From Cenarchaeum sp. (GTDB taxonomy: Archaea; Thermoproteota; Nitrososphaeria; Nitrososphaerales; Nitrosopumilaceae), in NCBI GenBank assembly GCA_963692915.1, contig OY843584.1, positions 1,344,001-1,408,000 on the forward strand: a stretch of 64,000 nucleotides of DNA, given 5' to 3'. Below, piece after piece: positions 1 to 10,166 of the stretch; position 1 is the stretch's first letter, and each line of letters begins with the position of its first letter. The position numbers and the translations under genes were made by a program. A model generated the notes under the pieces. That model saw only the letters and a program-made list of their open reading frames with translations. It was not told the DNA's origin and ran no database searches.

Positions 1-2
1 AG

Positions 3-392
3 GTCAATCACGGCAAGATAGTCAATGTCGCCTCTGTCGCCGCAAGCATTGGCCTTCCCGGAATTGCCGCATACTGTGCATCAAAGTTTGCGATGCTCGG
101 CTTTTCAGAGTCCCTGCGCGCCGAGCTCGCAAAGACCGGCGTTGGCATCACCACAGTCAGCCCGATCGCAGTCAGGACCCCGTTCTTTGACCATGCGTCC
201 TTTGCCGGCGTGCGGCGCTACTCGCCAATGTCACTTGACGTGCAGACCGTGGCGCGTGCGATAATGCGCGCCATAGGGTCACGGCGCGGCGAGATAACGG
301 TTCCCGGCGCCGCACGCCTTGCGATATGGGCAAAGCACACGTTTCCATGGGCATTTAACGCGCTCGTCTCATCAGCGTTTGGAAAGAACTAG
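3..392 (+). CDS. SDR family oxidoreductase, C-terminal part (5' end outside window)
   Basis: Frame reads GKIVNVASVAA...AAYCASKFAM: SDR catalytic Ser and YxxxK motif. Confidence 0.9.
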   Translation, partial: VNHGKIVNVASVAASIGLPGIAAYCASKFAMLGFSESLRAELAKTGVGITTVSPIAVRTPFFDHASFAGVRRYSPMSLDVQTVARAIMRAIGSRRGEITVPGAARLAIWAKHTFPWAFNALVSSAFGKN

Positions 393-679
393 GCGACCTG
401 CTTGTCCTTTTTGCTCTTTTGCCACCAGTCGAGATAGTCGTACTGGTGGTCCTCGCGCGTCTTTGAGCGCCGGTTGAGCCTGTCCCTGATGTCGCTTATC
501 TGCTCGCGCGTCGCATACAGGCCACAGCGCCTGCACGTAAAGTGCTTGGTCGCCGGATCGGCCTTCATTGGAACCTCGACGGCGTCAAGCATCGCAGTCA
601 GGTCGACGCCCTCCTCGCCCTCGTGCTTGGCGACAAGGGCGTTTCTGTCCTTGGCAACGCACTCGGGGCAGTTTGGCAC
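389..679 (-). CDS. Small zinc-finger hypothetical protein
   Basis: CPEC and CRRC pairs; TATA-like TTTTAA upstream; stop overlaps the SDR stop. Confidence 0.75.
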   Translation of the reverse strand: MPNCPECVAKDRNALVAKHEGEEGVDLTAMLDAVEVPMKADPATKHFTCRRCGLYATREQISDIRDRLNRRSKTREDHQYDYLDWWQKSKKDKQVA

Positions 680-987
680 GCGGAGCGCTCTTATTTTTTG
701 GGTTAAAAGCGTTGCTAGGTTGGGCGGTGTGAGCTCAGCCCTGCCGGGGTGCGCTTTGGGCTGACACTGTGTAGGGCAGTCTTGCGTGATCGCCCCTGGC
801 CGATGGCCGGGTGCTGAAATGAGGCTGTGTCCGTGAACGGATCCCTAGAATGTATGCCGCGCGGGGCGATATGGCCCGCACCGATCCTGATGCATCGCCG
901 TGATCCGGCCAATAACTGAGGCCGAAAACGAGAAACCTTTGCGATCAGCCCGTAGGTGTTTTATGTTGGTAATTTTGGGCACTGCCA

Positions 988-1821
988 TTGAGCTCGACGA
1001 ATTCGCGTGATCGCAGTCTGATCGCCGCCCTGGCCCCTCACATCGACGCTGCGATCAGGGCATCATCGTGCACGTGCGCCACACTGCGCTTTGATGTGAT
1101 CCTGGATCTGGTTCTCAAATATGGTCTTGACGATAGTCTTGATCCACTGAGGCGCACTCGAAAGTTTCGAGATCTATGTAAAGGCGCCTATGCGAACTTT
1201 GCCCAAGCCGCATCAGGCCATACGCGCTACCCGGAAATGAGGTCACTAGCAGACAAACGTTACCAGCCCTACGTATCTGCATCCAGGATTGACGGGCACA
1301 ACGAGAATCTAAACAGCCTATACGGTAGATGTGGCCTCGACAAGGAGGTTCGTGATTGCGAGGAGCTTGCAGTCGCATACAGCGCCTCACTCCGGTATGC
1401 ATGGGCTAATGCAACCACGCTCTTGCGCTATGTGGAGGGCGTTGCGGAGCTTGACAGCATGTTGGAAACACGCGAGTTTCGCTCAAACGGACACGACTTT
1501 GTGGCAGCATCGGCCACTTACTCCGACTTTCTAAGTGACCGTGACGTGTCATATCGCATAACAATCACTGAACAGTATAGAAGGCGCATGTTCCCTCTCA
1601 CGTACACATCTGTTTTTGCAACCCCATATCCAGAAATTTTACATGGGCGCAAGGGCTTTCGAATTTTGGAGGACGAGGTACGGATAAAGAACGGAACTCC
1701 GCTTGAAGGGGGCACGCTTGAGATCACTTTTCATTCCAAGGTGTCAATTCCCAATTTGTCGCCTGAAAAGATCATTGAAAAGTATAAGCCCCTAGGAACG
1801 GTGCGCTTTAAGCTAGACTAG
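988..1821 (+). CDS. Family A copy 1: putative R-S-E (cholera-toxin-like) ADP-ribosyltransferase / NAD+ glycohydrolase
   Basis: LLRYV...FVAASAT...LEDEVRI; TTTTAT box about 25 nt before TTG start; one of 7 paralogs. Confidence 0.65.
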   Translation: MSSTNSRDRSLIAALAPHIDAAIRASSCTCATLRFDVILDLVLKYGLDDSLDPLRRTRKFRDLCKGAYANFAQAASGHTRYPEMRSLADKRYQPYVSASRIDGHNENLNSLYGRCGLDKEVRDCEELAVAYSASLRYAWANATTLLRYVEGVAELDSMLETREFRSNGHDFVAASATYSDFLSDRDVSYRITITEQYRRRMFPLTYTSVFATPYPEILHGRKGFRILEDEVRIKNGTPLEGGTLEITFHSKVSIPNLSPEKIIEKYKPLGTVRFKLD

Positions 1822-2031
1822 AGTCATGCACACCGACGAACCATGGGCAGCATGGCGCGATATCCCTGCCGGGGACTTTGCCCCGCGGCCACAAGGTGAG
1901 CCATTAACGAATTTCTCACCACGATCTGTGTGCCTACACCCCTGCCGTGTGCCAAAATGCAGGGTGCGCAGGGCACTCGTGCCTATATTCACGCATTAGA
2001 CTTTAATAAAGCCACAGCCGTAATGGCTCTG

Positions 2032-2289
2032 ATGAACACAGCAAGGCAGGATGGGCTGCTAGTCATTGAGCGGGGACTGAGGCTCTATGGCCCCCTGCCG
2101 GCGGCTGAGCTCATAACGTACATCGTGGGGCGGCTCACCATGGAGGAGGCATGGGACGTATTTGCCGAGGCCGAGAGGATTGGCATGATCGAGCGCGACG
2201 AGGGGATCTTTGGGACGACCACGCGGGAGGGCCAGGAGTGGCGCCTCGTCAAGGGATTCGACGTGAAACAGCTAGAGATAGCCGCATAG
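2032..2289 (+). CDS. Family B copy 1: 85-aa acidic winged-helix-like protein
   Basis: GL.xYGPLPAAELI...EEAWDV.AEAERIGMIER...EWRLV consensus; own TTTAATAA box. Confidence 0.8.
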   Translation: MNTARQDGLLVIERGLRLYGPLPAAELITYIVGRLTMEEAWDVFAEAERIGMIERDEGIFGTTTREGQEWRLVKGFDVKQLEIAA

Positions 2290-2512
2290 GCAAAACTTCT
2301 ATCCTCCTCTCTTTTGCCCGCTTTGCGCATATTGCGCACTGGTTTTTTTGGCTTTGGGCGTCGGCTAGTCGTTGTTCTCAAAGATGCCATATCAGAAACG
2401 CGCGAGTTTCGCTCAAACGGACACGACGTTGTTGCAGCATGGGCCGCCTGATCCCACGTGTGCCCACATTCACGCATTAGACTTTAATAAAGCCACAGCC
2501 GTAATGGCTCTG

Positions 2513-2770
2513 ATGAACACGGCAAGGCAGGATGGGCTGCTATTCATTGAGCGGGGACTGAGGATCCATGACTCTCTGCCAGCGGCTCTGCTCATAACGT
2601 ACATCGTGGGGCGGCTCACCAGGGAGGAGGCATGGGACGTGCTTGCCGAGGCCGAGAGGATTGGCATGATCGAGCGCGACGAGGGGATCTTTGGGACGAC
2701 CACGCGGGAGGGCCAGGAGTGGCGCCTCGTTGAGGGATTCGACACAAAAAAGCTAGAGATATCCGCATAG
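2513..2770 (+). CDS. Family B copy 2
   Basis: Near-duplicate of copy 1 with the same promoter. Confidence 0.8.
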   Translation: MNTARQDGLLFIERGLRIHDSLPAALLITYIVGRLTREEAWDVLAEAERIGMIERDEGIFGTTTREGQEWRLVEGFDTKKLEISA

Positions 2771-3105
2771 GCAAAACTCCCATCTTTTGTTTTTGCTTGG
2801 CACATTCTATGCTGACGGGCAAAAGTTCGTGCCATGATCAAACTTTCCCGGTCCGCATGCCATATGGATCGCACCTCCCCCACGCCGCGCATGGAAGGCC
2901 AGGGGCTGGAGGCGTTCTGCAGGGCACGCCGCGACGAGGGGGACGGCGACGTCAGGCAGGGGTTTGCCGCGCTCAACATGCACGAGAGCCTGGGGATGAC
3001 GCGCGAGGAGGTCGCACTTGCGCTCATCATGCAGGAGTCCCAAAACCAGAGACGAAGGTGCGTAGGGTGTGCCAGGCAAAAACAGAATGGGGTTGGGAGT
3101 TTTGC

Positions 3106-3363
3106 CTATGCGGGCAGCTCTAGCTTTTTTGTGTCGAATCCCTTGACGAGGCGCCACTCTTGATTTAACGGAGTGAGCGCCTTAAAGACCGTCTCGTCAC
3201 GCTCGATCATGCCAATCCTCTCGGCCTCGGCGATGACATCCCACGCCTCCTCTTCTGTGAGCTTTCCCACGATGTGCGTTATGAGCTCAGCCGCCGGCAG
3301 GGATCCATAGATCTCCAGTCCCCTCGCAACGACTAGCAGCCCATTGTGCTTTGCTGGGTTCAT
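3106..3363 (-). CDS. Family B copy 3
   Basis: Family consensus, 258 bp, own promoter. Confidence 0.8.
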   Translation of the reverse strand: MNPAKHNGLLVVARGLEIYGSLPAAELITHIVGKLTEEEAWDVIAEAERIGMIERDETVFKALTPLNQEWRLVKGFDTKKLELPA

Positions 3364-3473
3364 CAGAGCCGTTACGGTTGTGGCATTATTAAAATCTAGT
3401 GCGTTAATGTGGGCTGACCCATGTTCAAAGACAGGTGCACAATGAGCAAAAACAAGAGGTGGGTAGAGTCCAC

Positions 3474-3731
3474 CTATGCGGGTAGCTCTATCTGCTCCAC
3501 GTCGAATCCCTCGACGAGGCGCCATTTCTGTCCCAGCGGCGTGGCCGGCCTGAAGACCATGTCGGCGTGCTCGATCATGCCGATCCTCTCGGCCTCGGCG
3601 ATCACGTCCCATGCCTCCTCTTCGGTGAGCGCTCCCACAATGTGCGTTATGAGCTCGGCCGCTGGCAGGGATCCATAGATCTTTAGCCCCTTCGCAACGA
3701 CGAACAGCCCTTCTTGCCTTGCTGGGTTCAT
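3474..3731 (-). CDS. Family B copy 4
   Basis: Family consensus; protein matches copy 10. Confidence 0.8.
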   Translation of the reverse strand: MNPARQEGLFVVAKGLKIYGSLPAAELITHIVGALTEEEAWDVIAEAERIGMIEHADMVFRPATPLGQKWRLVEGFDVEQIELPA

Positions 3732-3848
3732 CAGGGTCATTACGGTTGTGGGATTATTAAAATCTAGTGCGTGAATGTGGGCATGACCTAGGCTCAAAAA
3801 CAAGTGCCCAATAATTGTGCACAATAGGAAAAAACAAGGGGGGTGTAC

Positions 3849-4106
3849 CTATGCAGGTACCTTTAGCTGCTCCACGTCGAATCCCTCGACGAGGCGCCAC
3901 TCCTGTCCCTCCGGCGTAGTCGCCTTGAAGACCATGTCGGCGCGCTCGATCATGCCGATCCTCTCGGCCTCGGCAATGACATCCAATACCTCCTTTTTGG
4001 TGAGCTTTCCCACAGTGTGCGATATGAGCTCAGCCGCCGGCAGGGGTCCATAGATACTCAGTCCCCTCGCGATGACTCGCAGCGCATCTTGCCTTTCTGG
4101 ATCCAT
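3849..4106 (-). CDS. Family B copy 5
   Basis: Family consensus; directly downstream of family A copy 2. Confidence 0.8.
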   Translation of the reverse strand: MDPERQDALRVIARGLSIYGPLPAAELISHTVGKLTKKEVLDVIAEAERIGMIERADMVFKATTPEGQEWRLVEGFDVEQLKVPA

Positions 4107-4317
4107 CAGAGCCATCACGGTTGTGGCATTATTAAAATCTAGTGCGTGAATGTAGGCACGATGCCCTGCGCGCCCTGCATTTTGGCATGTGGCAGGGCGC
4201 AAGAACACAGGCCACGGCGAGGGATTCATTGATGGCTCACACTGCGGCCGTGTGGGCAGGAGTTCCCAACAGGAATATTGGGTCGCCCTGCCCTGCAGTT
4301 CTCCGATGCGCGTGACT

Positions 4318-5139
4318 CTAGTATAGCTTAAAGCGCACCGGTCCGAGGGGCGCATATCTCTTGGTGATCTCTTCTGTTTGTGAATTGGGGATTGGCGTCT
4401 TGGGATGAAAAGTGATCTCAAGTGTGCCCTCTTCGATCGGGGTTCCGTTCTCCATCCGTATCTCGTCCTCTAAAACGCGAAAGGTCTTGGGACCTTGCAG
4501 AATTTCTGGGTCGGGGGTCACAAAAACAGATGTGTGTGAGAGAGGGAACGCGTGCTTTCTATACTGTTCGGTGACCTTTATGCTGTACGATATGTCACGA
4601 TCCTTTAGCCAGGGGGATTTTGTGACCGATGTTGACACAAAATTGTGTTCGGTCGAGCGAAACTCGCGTGTTGCCAGCATACTATCAAGCTCTGCAATGT
4701 CTCCCACATAACGCGAGAGCACGGTGGTGTTGGCCCATGCGTGTCGGAGTGAGGCGCCATATGCGACTGCAAGCTCCTCGCAGTCACGGACCACCTCGCC
4801 GAGGCCGTATCTCTGGTATAGGTTGTTTAGGTTCTCGTTGTGCTTGCCAGTCTTAGATGCAGGCACCATGACCTGGTAATTGTCATCCGCTAGTGACGTC
4901 ATTTCCGGGTAGTCCGCATGATCTGATGTGTCTTGACCAAATTTCGCCTGAGCGTCGAGGCACAGCCGAAGAAACTCGGGAATGCGCCTATCTGGGTCAA
5001 GGCCATGCCTGAGAACCAGATCCAGGATCACGTCGCGGCGCAGTGGGACGCACGTGCAGGGAGAAGCCCTGATCGCAGCGTCTATGTGGGGAGACAGTGA
5101 GGCGATCAGGCTGCGATCACGCGAATTCGGCGGGTTCAA
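4318..5139 (-). CDS. Family A copy 2: putative ADP-ribosyltransferase
   Basis: VLSRYVG...FVSTSVT...LEDEIRM; start set by alignment with paralogs and TATA position. Confidence 0.7.
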   Translation of the reverse strand: MNPPNSRDRSLIASLSPHIDAAIRASPCTCVPLRRDVILDLVLRHGLDPDRRIPEFLRLCLDAQAKFGQDTSDHADYPEMTSLADDNYQVMVPASKTGKHNENLNNLYQRYGLGEVVRDCEELAVAYGASLRHAWANTTVLSRYVGDIAELDSMLATREFRSTEHNFVSTSVTKSPWLKDRDISYSIKVTEQYRKHAFPLSHTSVFVTPDPEILQGPKTFRVLEDEIRMENGTPIEEGTLEITFHPKTPIPNSQTEEITKRYAPLGPVRFKLY

Positions 5140-5185
5140 TGGCAATGCCAAAAATTGCCAATATAAAATACCTGTGGGCTGATCG

Positions 5186-5326
5186 TGTTTTGTACGAAAA
5201 GGGGCGCTGCCCACTCGAGTCCTCTTCCATCCACCCCAGGGTTCTCCATCCTGACCCACGGGCCTTCCGGGCCCCTGATCTGCGCCCTGCAAGCCATCTT
5301 GCACCCGCTCCTTTATGCGCAAGGCA
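5186..5326. mobile_element. IS481-derived MITE
   Basis: Ends TGTTTTGTACGAAAAGGGGCG and CGCTCCTTTATGCGCAAGGCA resemble the IS481 TIRs in this window; no ORF. Confidence 0.65.
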
Positions 5327-5530
5327 GCGAAATCATGCGCCGTGTGTCGGCGCCACGGCCGGCTGGGGCGGCTACGGGGAGCGAGCAGCCAAAGGCCCGT
5401 CCAATGTCACCTTTTCCCACGGCGTAACGGGTGCCCTGCACCTCTTGGAAAAAATATAGCAGGCACCAGGGCTCGGGGATAACAGTGCCCAATAATTGCA
5501 CAGTGGGCAAAAACAATTGGGTGGGAAAGC

Positions 5531-5788
5531 CTATGCGAGCAGCTCTAGCCGTTCCACGTCGAATCCCTTGACAAAGCGCCACTCTTGCTCTATTGGAGTG
5601 ACCGGTTCGAAGACCATCTCGTCACGCTCGATCATGCCGATCCTCTCGGCCTCGGCAATTACCTCCCATACCTCCTCCTCGGAGAGCGGCCCCTTGAGCC
5701 GCGTCATGATCTCTGCAGCAGACGCAGAGCCATAGAACTGTAGGCCGCTGGCGATGACCCCTAGGCCATCACGTTTTGCTGGGTTCAT
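5531..5788 (-). CDS. Family B copy 6 (divergent subtype)
   Basis: YGSASAAEIMTRLKGPLSEEEVWEVIAEAERIGMIER. Confidence 0.8.
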   Translation of the reverse strand: MNPAKRDGLGVIASGLQFYGSASAAEIMTRLKGPLSEEEVWEVIAEAERIGMIERDEMVFEPVTPIEQEWRFVKGFDVERLELLA

Positions 5789-5907
5789 TGGGAAGCAGTG
5801 TGCTGTTGCGCCTATTAAGCCTAGTGCGCGCATACAGGCGTCCCAAAACCAGAGATGAAAAGTGTGTAGAGTGTGCCAAGCAAAAACAGAATGGGTGGGA
5901 GTTTTGC

Positions 5908-6165
5908 CTATGCGGGTATCTCTAGCTTTTTTACGTCGAATCCCTCAACGAGGCGCCACTCTTGATCGAATGGAGTGAGTGGCTCAAAGACCATCTCGTC
6001 ACGCTCGATCATGCCAATCCTCTCGGCCTCGGCGATGACATCCCACGCCTCCTTCTCTGTGAGCTTTCCCACGATGTGCGTTATGAGCTCGGCCGCTGGC
6101 AGCGGACCATAGATCTCCAGCCCCCTCGCAACGACTAGCAGCCCATTGTGCTTTGCTGGGTTCAT
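5908..6165 (-). CDS. Family B copy 7
   Basis: Family consensus; IS481 inserted just upstream of its TATA box. Confidence 0.8.
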   Translation of the reverse strand: MNPAKHNGLLVVARGLEIYGPLPAAELITHIVGKLTEKEAWDVIAEAERIGMIERDEMVFEPLTPFDQEWRLVEGFDVKKLEIPA

Positions 6166-6218
6166 CAGAGCCGTTACGGTTGTGGCATTATTAAAATCTA
6201 GTGCGTTAATGTGGGCTG

Positions 6219-7310
6219 TGTATTGTACAAAAAGTAGGAGCGGGGGCCAGAGGGCTTGCCGGGCGCGGATCCGGGAGCCCGCTGATGGCCTTCGGGTCCG
6301 GCAGGCTGCCGAAACACACGTTTGGGGGCCTCCGGCGCCGGCGCGCCATGCCGGTCAGGAGGCTGGACGCGCGGGCGCTCCGGTACATCGCGAGGACGCT
6401 TGCGACCAGGAGCGCCGGGGCAGTGGCGCGCGAGCTGGGGATCTCGCCGTCGTGGGCCCGCAAGCTCCGCGCGCACTGCCGGCGGACCGGCGCGCCGCCG
6501 GAGCCGCGGCCGATGGGGAGGCCGCGCAGGCCGATCACACAAGCGCAGGCCGACGAGGTCCTCGCCGCGCACTCGCGCGACCCCGTCGGCGTGGTGCGCC
6601 TGGTCAGGCTCATGCGGCTCAACAACTCAAAAATAGCGTACGGCGCGGCGTACCGCATATTGTCTGCGGAGGGACTGGTCAGCAGCTCGCCGGCGAGGTC
6701 GAGGAGGCGCAAGTGGGTCCGGTTCGAGAGAAAGTACTCCAACGCGATGTGGCACGTGGACTGGCACATAATGAAATACGGTCCCCTGAGGGGCTCGCAC
6801 CTCATAGTGTTCCTCGACGACGCGTCGCGGTGCGTCACGGGGTTTGGCGTCTTCCCCGAGGCCACGTCGGGCAACACGGTGATGGCGCTGCGCCACGCGA
6901 TCGGGCGGTTCGGCGCGCCGGCGCAGGTGCTCTCGGACCACGGGACGCAGTTCACGGCGACCAGGCGCGGCACGCCGCGCCGCAGCTGGACGCCGACGCT
7001 CTTCGAGCGGGAGCTGCTCGACGCCGGCATATCGCACGTCATGGCGCGCGTCGGCCACCCCCAGACCAACGGCAAGGTCGAGAGGTTCTTCCGGACGCTC
7101 GAGACGGAGATCGGCCGCCATGGCGGGGTCGCCGAGTTCATCGGGCACTACAACGAGGAGAGGCTCCACTTCTCCCTCGACATGGAGACCGGCGAGACGC
7201 CCCTGCTGGCCTTCAGGAGGCGGAGGGCCGACGGGCGGGTCCGGGCGGAGAACCCCGGGTGGATGGAGGTGGACTCGGATGGGTAGCGCTCCTACTTTCC
7301 GTATAATACA
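6219..7310 (+). mobile_element. IS481-family insertion sequence, 1092 bp
   Basis: TIRs TGTATTGTACAAAAAGTAGGAGCG / CGCTCCTACTTTCCGTATAATACA; 15-bp TSD CGTTAATGTGGGCTG at 6204-6218 and 7311-7325. Confidence 0.92.
6348..7286 (+). CDS. IS481-family DDE transposase
   Basis: N-terminal HTH; WHVDW, FLDDASR, LSDHGTQF, PQTNGKVERFF rve-integrase motifs. Confidence 0.93.
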   Translation: MPVRRLDARALRYIARTLATRSAGAVARELGISPSWARKLRAHCRRTGAPPEPRPMGRPRRPITQAQADEVLAAHSRDPVGVVRLVRLMRLNNSKIAYGAAYRILSAEGLVSSSPARSRRRKWVRFERKYSNAMWHVDWHIMKYGPLRGSHLIVFLDDASRCVTGFGVFPEATSGNTVMALRHAIGRFGAPAQVLSDHGTQFTATRRGTPRRSWTPTLFERELLDAGISHVMARVGHPQTNGKVERFFRTLETEIGRHGGVAEFIGHYNEERLHFSLDMETGETPLLAFRRRRADGRVRAENPGWMEVDSDG

Positions 7311-7382
7311 CGTTAATGTGGGCTGACCCATGTTCAAAGACAGGTGCACAATGAGCAAAAACAAGAGGTGGGTAGAGTCCAC

Positions 7383-7640
7383 CTATGCGGGTAGCTCTAT
7401 CTGCTCCACGTCGAATCCCTCGACGAGGCGCCATTTCTGTCCCCCCGGCGTGGTCACCTTGAAGACCATCTCGGCGCGCTCGATCATGCCAATCCTCTCG
7501 GCCTCGGCGATCACGTCCCATGCCTCCTTCTCGGTGAGCGCTCCCACGAGGTGCGTTATGAGCTCGTTCGCCGGCAGTGGTCCATAGATCTTTAGCCCCT
7601 TCGCAACGACGAACAGCCCTTCTTGCCTTGCTGGGTTCAT
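7383..7640 (-). CDS. Family B copy 8
   Basis: Family consensus; near-identical to copy 12. Confidence 0.8.
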   Translation of the reverse strand: MNPARQEGLFVVAKGLKIYGPLPANELITHLVGALTEKEAWDVIAEAERIGMIERAEMVFKVTTPGGQKWRLVEGFDVEQIELPA

Positions 7641-7759
7641 CAGAGCCGTTACGGTTGTGGGATTATTAAAATCTAGTGCGTTAATGTGGGCGCCCCAAAA
7701 CCGGAGATAAAAGCACGTAGAATGTGGCACGCAAAAACAGGAGAAGGCAGGAGTTTTGC

Positions 7760-8017
7760 CTATGCGGGCAGCTCTAGCTTTTTTACGTCGAATCCCCTGA
7801 CGAGGCGCCATTCCTTCGCCTCCGGCGTGGGCGACTCAAAGACCATCTTGGCGCGCTCGATCATGCCGATCCTCTCGGCCTCGGCAAGCACATCCCACGC
7901 CTCCTTCTCTGTGAGGTCCCCCACGATGTGTGTTATGAGATCAGCCGCCGGCAGCGGACCATAGATCTCCAGCCCCCTTGCAATGACTAGCAGCCCGTCG
8001 TGCTTTTCTGGGTTCAT
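7760..8017 (-). CDS. Family B copy 9
   Basis: Family consensus. Confidence 0.8.
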   Translation of the reverse strand: MNPEKHDGLLVIARGLEIYGPLPAADLITHIVGDLTEKEAWDVLAEAERIGMIERAKMVFESPTPEAKEWRLVRGFDVKKLELPA

Positions 8018-8127
8018 CAGAGCCATTACGGTTGTGGCATTATTAAAATCTAGTGCGTTAATGTGGGCTGACCCATGTTCAAAGACAAGTGCACAATGAG
8101 CAAAAACAAGAGGTGGGTAGAGTCCAC

Positions 8128-8385
8128 CTATGCGGGTAGCTCTATCTGCTCCACGTCAAATCCCTCGACGAGGCGCCATTTCTGTCCCAGCGGCGTGGCC
8201 GGCCTGAAGACCATGTCGGCGTGCTCGATCATGCCGATCCTCTCGGCCTCGGCGATCACGTCCCATGCCTCCTCTTCGGTGAGCGCTCCCACAATGTGCG
8301 TTATGAGCTCGGCCGCTGGCAGGGATCCATAGATCTTTAGCCCCTTCGCAACGACGAACAGCCCTTCTTGCCTTGCTGGGTTCAT
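8128..8385 (-). CDS. Family B copy 10
   Basis: Family consensus. Confidence 0.8.
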   Translation of the reverse strand: MNPARQEGLFVVAKGLKIYGSLPAAELITHIVGALTEEEAWDVIAEAERIGMIEHADMVFRPATPLGQKWRLVEGFDVEQIELPA

Positions 8386-8503
8386 CAGAGCCGTTACGGT
8401 TGCGGGATTATTAAAATCTAGTGCGTGAATGTGGGCATGACCTAGGCTCAAAAACAAGTGCCCAATAATTGTGCACAATAGGAAAAAACAAGGGGGGGTG
8501 TAC

Positions 8504-8761
8504 CTATGCAGGTACCTTTAGCTGCTCCACGTCGAATCCCTCGACGAGGCGCCATTCCTGTCCCTTCGGCGTGGCCGCCCTGAAGATCATGTCGGCGTGC
8601 TCGATCATGCCGATCCTCTCGGCCTCGGCAACGACATCCCACGCCTCCTCTTCGGTGAGCTTTCCCACGATGTGCGTCACGAGCTCAGTCGCCGGCAGGG
8701 GTCCATAGATACTCAGTCCCCTCGCGATTACTCGCAGTGCATCTTGCCTTGCTGGGTTCAT
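8504..8761 (-). CDS. Family B copy 11
   Basis: Family consensus. Confidence 0.8.
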   Translation of the reverse strand: MNPARQDALRVIARGLSIYGPLPATELVTHIVGKLTEEEAWDVVAEAERIGMIEHADMIFRAATPKGQEWRLVEGFDVEQLKVPA

Positions 8762-8872
8762 CAGGGCCATTACGGTTGTGGCATTATTAAAATCTAGTGC
8801 GTGAATGTGGGCATGACCCAGGTTCAAAGACAAGTGCACAATGAGCAAAAACAAGAGGTGGGTAGAGTCCAC

Positions 8873-9130
8873 CTATGCGGGTAGCTCTATCTGCTCCACG
8901 TCGAATCCCTCGACGAGGCGCCATTTCTGTCCCCCCGGCGTGGTCACCTTGAAGACCATCTCGGCGCGCTCGATCATGCCGATCCTCTCGGCCTCGGCGA
9001 TCACGTCCCATGCCTCCTTCTCGGTGAGCGCTCCCACGAGGTGCGTTATGAGCTCGTTCGCCGGCAGGGATCCATAGATCTTTAGCCCCTTCGCAACGAC
9101 GAACAGCCCTTCTTGCTTTGCTGGGTTCAT
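8873..9130 (-). CDS. Family B copy 12
   Basis: Family consensus; directly downstream of family A copy 3. Confidence 0.8.
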   Translation of the reverse strand: MNPAKQEGLFVVAKGLKIYGSLPANELITHLVGALTEKEAWDVIAEAERIGMIERAEMVFKVTTPGGQKWRLVEGFDVEQIELPA

Positions 9131-9350
9131 CAGGGTCATTACGGTTGTGGGATTATTAAAACCTACTGCGTGAATGTAGGCACGGATCCTGCGCGCCCCG
9201 CATTTTGACATATGACAGGGCGCAGGAACGCAGACCTCGGAGAGGGATTCGTTGATGACCCGCATTGCGGCCGTGTGGGCAAGAGTCCCCAACAAGAATG
9301 TCGCGCCATACGGTCCTGCAGTTCCCCAATGTGCGTGACTCCAGCATGGC

Positions 9351-10166
9351 TTACGCAAAGCGCACCGATCCTAGGGGCGCATACCTCTTGATGATCTCCC
9401 CGTCATGTAAATTGGGGATTGGCGTCTTGGAATGAAAAGTGATCTCAAGTGTGCCCTCTTCGATCGGAGTTCCGTTCTCCACCCGTATCTCGTCCTCTAA
9501 AACGCAAAAGCTCTTGGAACCCCGCAGAATTTCTGGATGGGGGGTTGCAAAAACAGATGTGTGGAAGAGTGGGAACGTGTGCTTTCTATACTGTTTGGTG
9601 ACCTTTATGCGGTATGATATGTGGCGATGGTCTAGCCAAGGGGAATGTGTGACCGATGTTGCCACAAAATCGTGTTCGGTCGAGCGAAACTCGCGGGTTG
9701 TCAACATGCTATCAAGCTCTGCAATGTCTCCCACATAGCGCGTGAGCACGGTCGTGTTAGCCCATGCGTGCCGAAGTGAGGCGCTGTATGCGACTGCAAG
9801 CTCCTCGCAGTCACGGACCACCTCGCCGAGTCCGTATCTCGGGTATAGGTTGTTTAGGTTCTCGTTGTACTCGCCAATTCCAGATGCGGGAACTGTGGCC
9901 AGGTGATCTCTATCTGTTAGTGACGCCATTTTCGGGTAGCTCGCATGATCTGATATGTTTTGGTCAAATTTCGCCTGAGCGTCGAGGCACAGCCGAAGAA
10001 ACTCAGGAATGCGCCTATCCGGGTCAAGGCCATGCCTGAGAACCAGATCCAGGATCACGTCGCGGCGCAGTGTGGCGCACGTGCAGGGAGACGCCCTGAT
10101 CGCAGCGTCTATGTGTAGAGACAGTGAGGCGATCAGGCTGCGATCACGAAAATTCGGCGGGTTCAA
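9351..10166 (-). CDS. Family A copy 3: putative ADP-ribosyltransferase
   Basis: VLTRYVG...FVATSVT...LEDEIRV. Confidence 0.7.
   Translation of the reverse strand: MNPPNFRDRSLIASLSLHIDAAIRASPCTCATLRRDVILDLVLRHGLDPDRRIPEFLRLCLDAQAKFDQNISDHASYPKMASLTDRDHLATVPASGIGEYNENLNNLYPRYGLGEVVRDCEELAVAYSASLRHAWANTTVLTRYVGDIAELDSMLTTREFRSTEHDFVATSVTHSPWLDHRHISYRIKVTKQYRKHTFPLFHTSVFATPHPEILRGSKSFCVLEDEIRVENGTPIEEGTLEITFHSKTPIPNLHDGEIIKRYAPLGSVRFA

Noticed and set aside
2834-3163. 109-aa ORF between the convergent B arrays
   Set aside because: Runs antisense into B3 and has no recognisable motif; possibly a gene fragment but not supportable
6146-7382. Overlapping alternative-frame ORFs in the IS481 elements
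   Set aside because: High-GC artefacts with no motifs
3106-9170. CRISPR array or non-coding tandem repeat
   Set aside because: Units are ~370 bp and protein-coding; there is no short repeat-spacer pattern and no cas gene
2032-9170. Integron cassette array
   Set aside because: No tyrosine integrase and no recognisable attC palindromes; cassettes carry their own promoters
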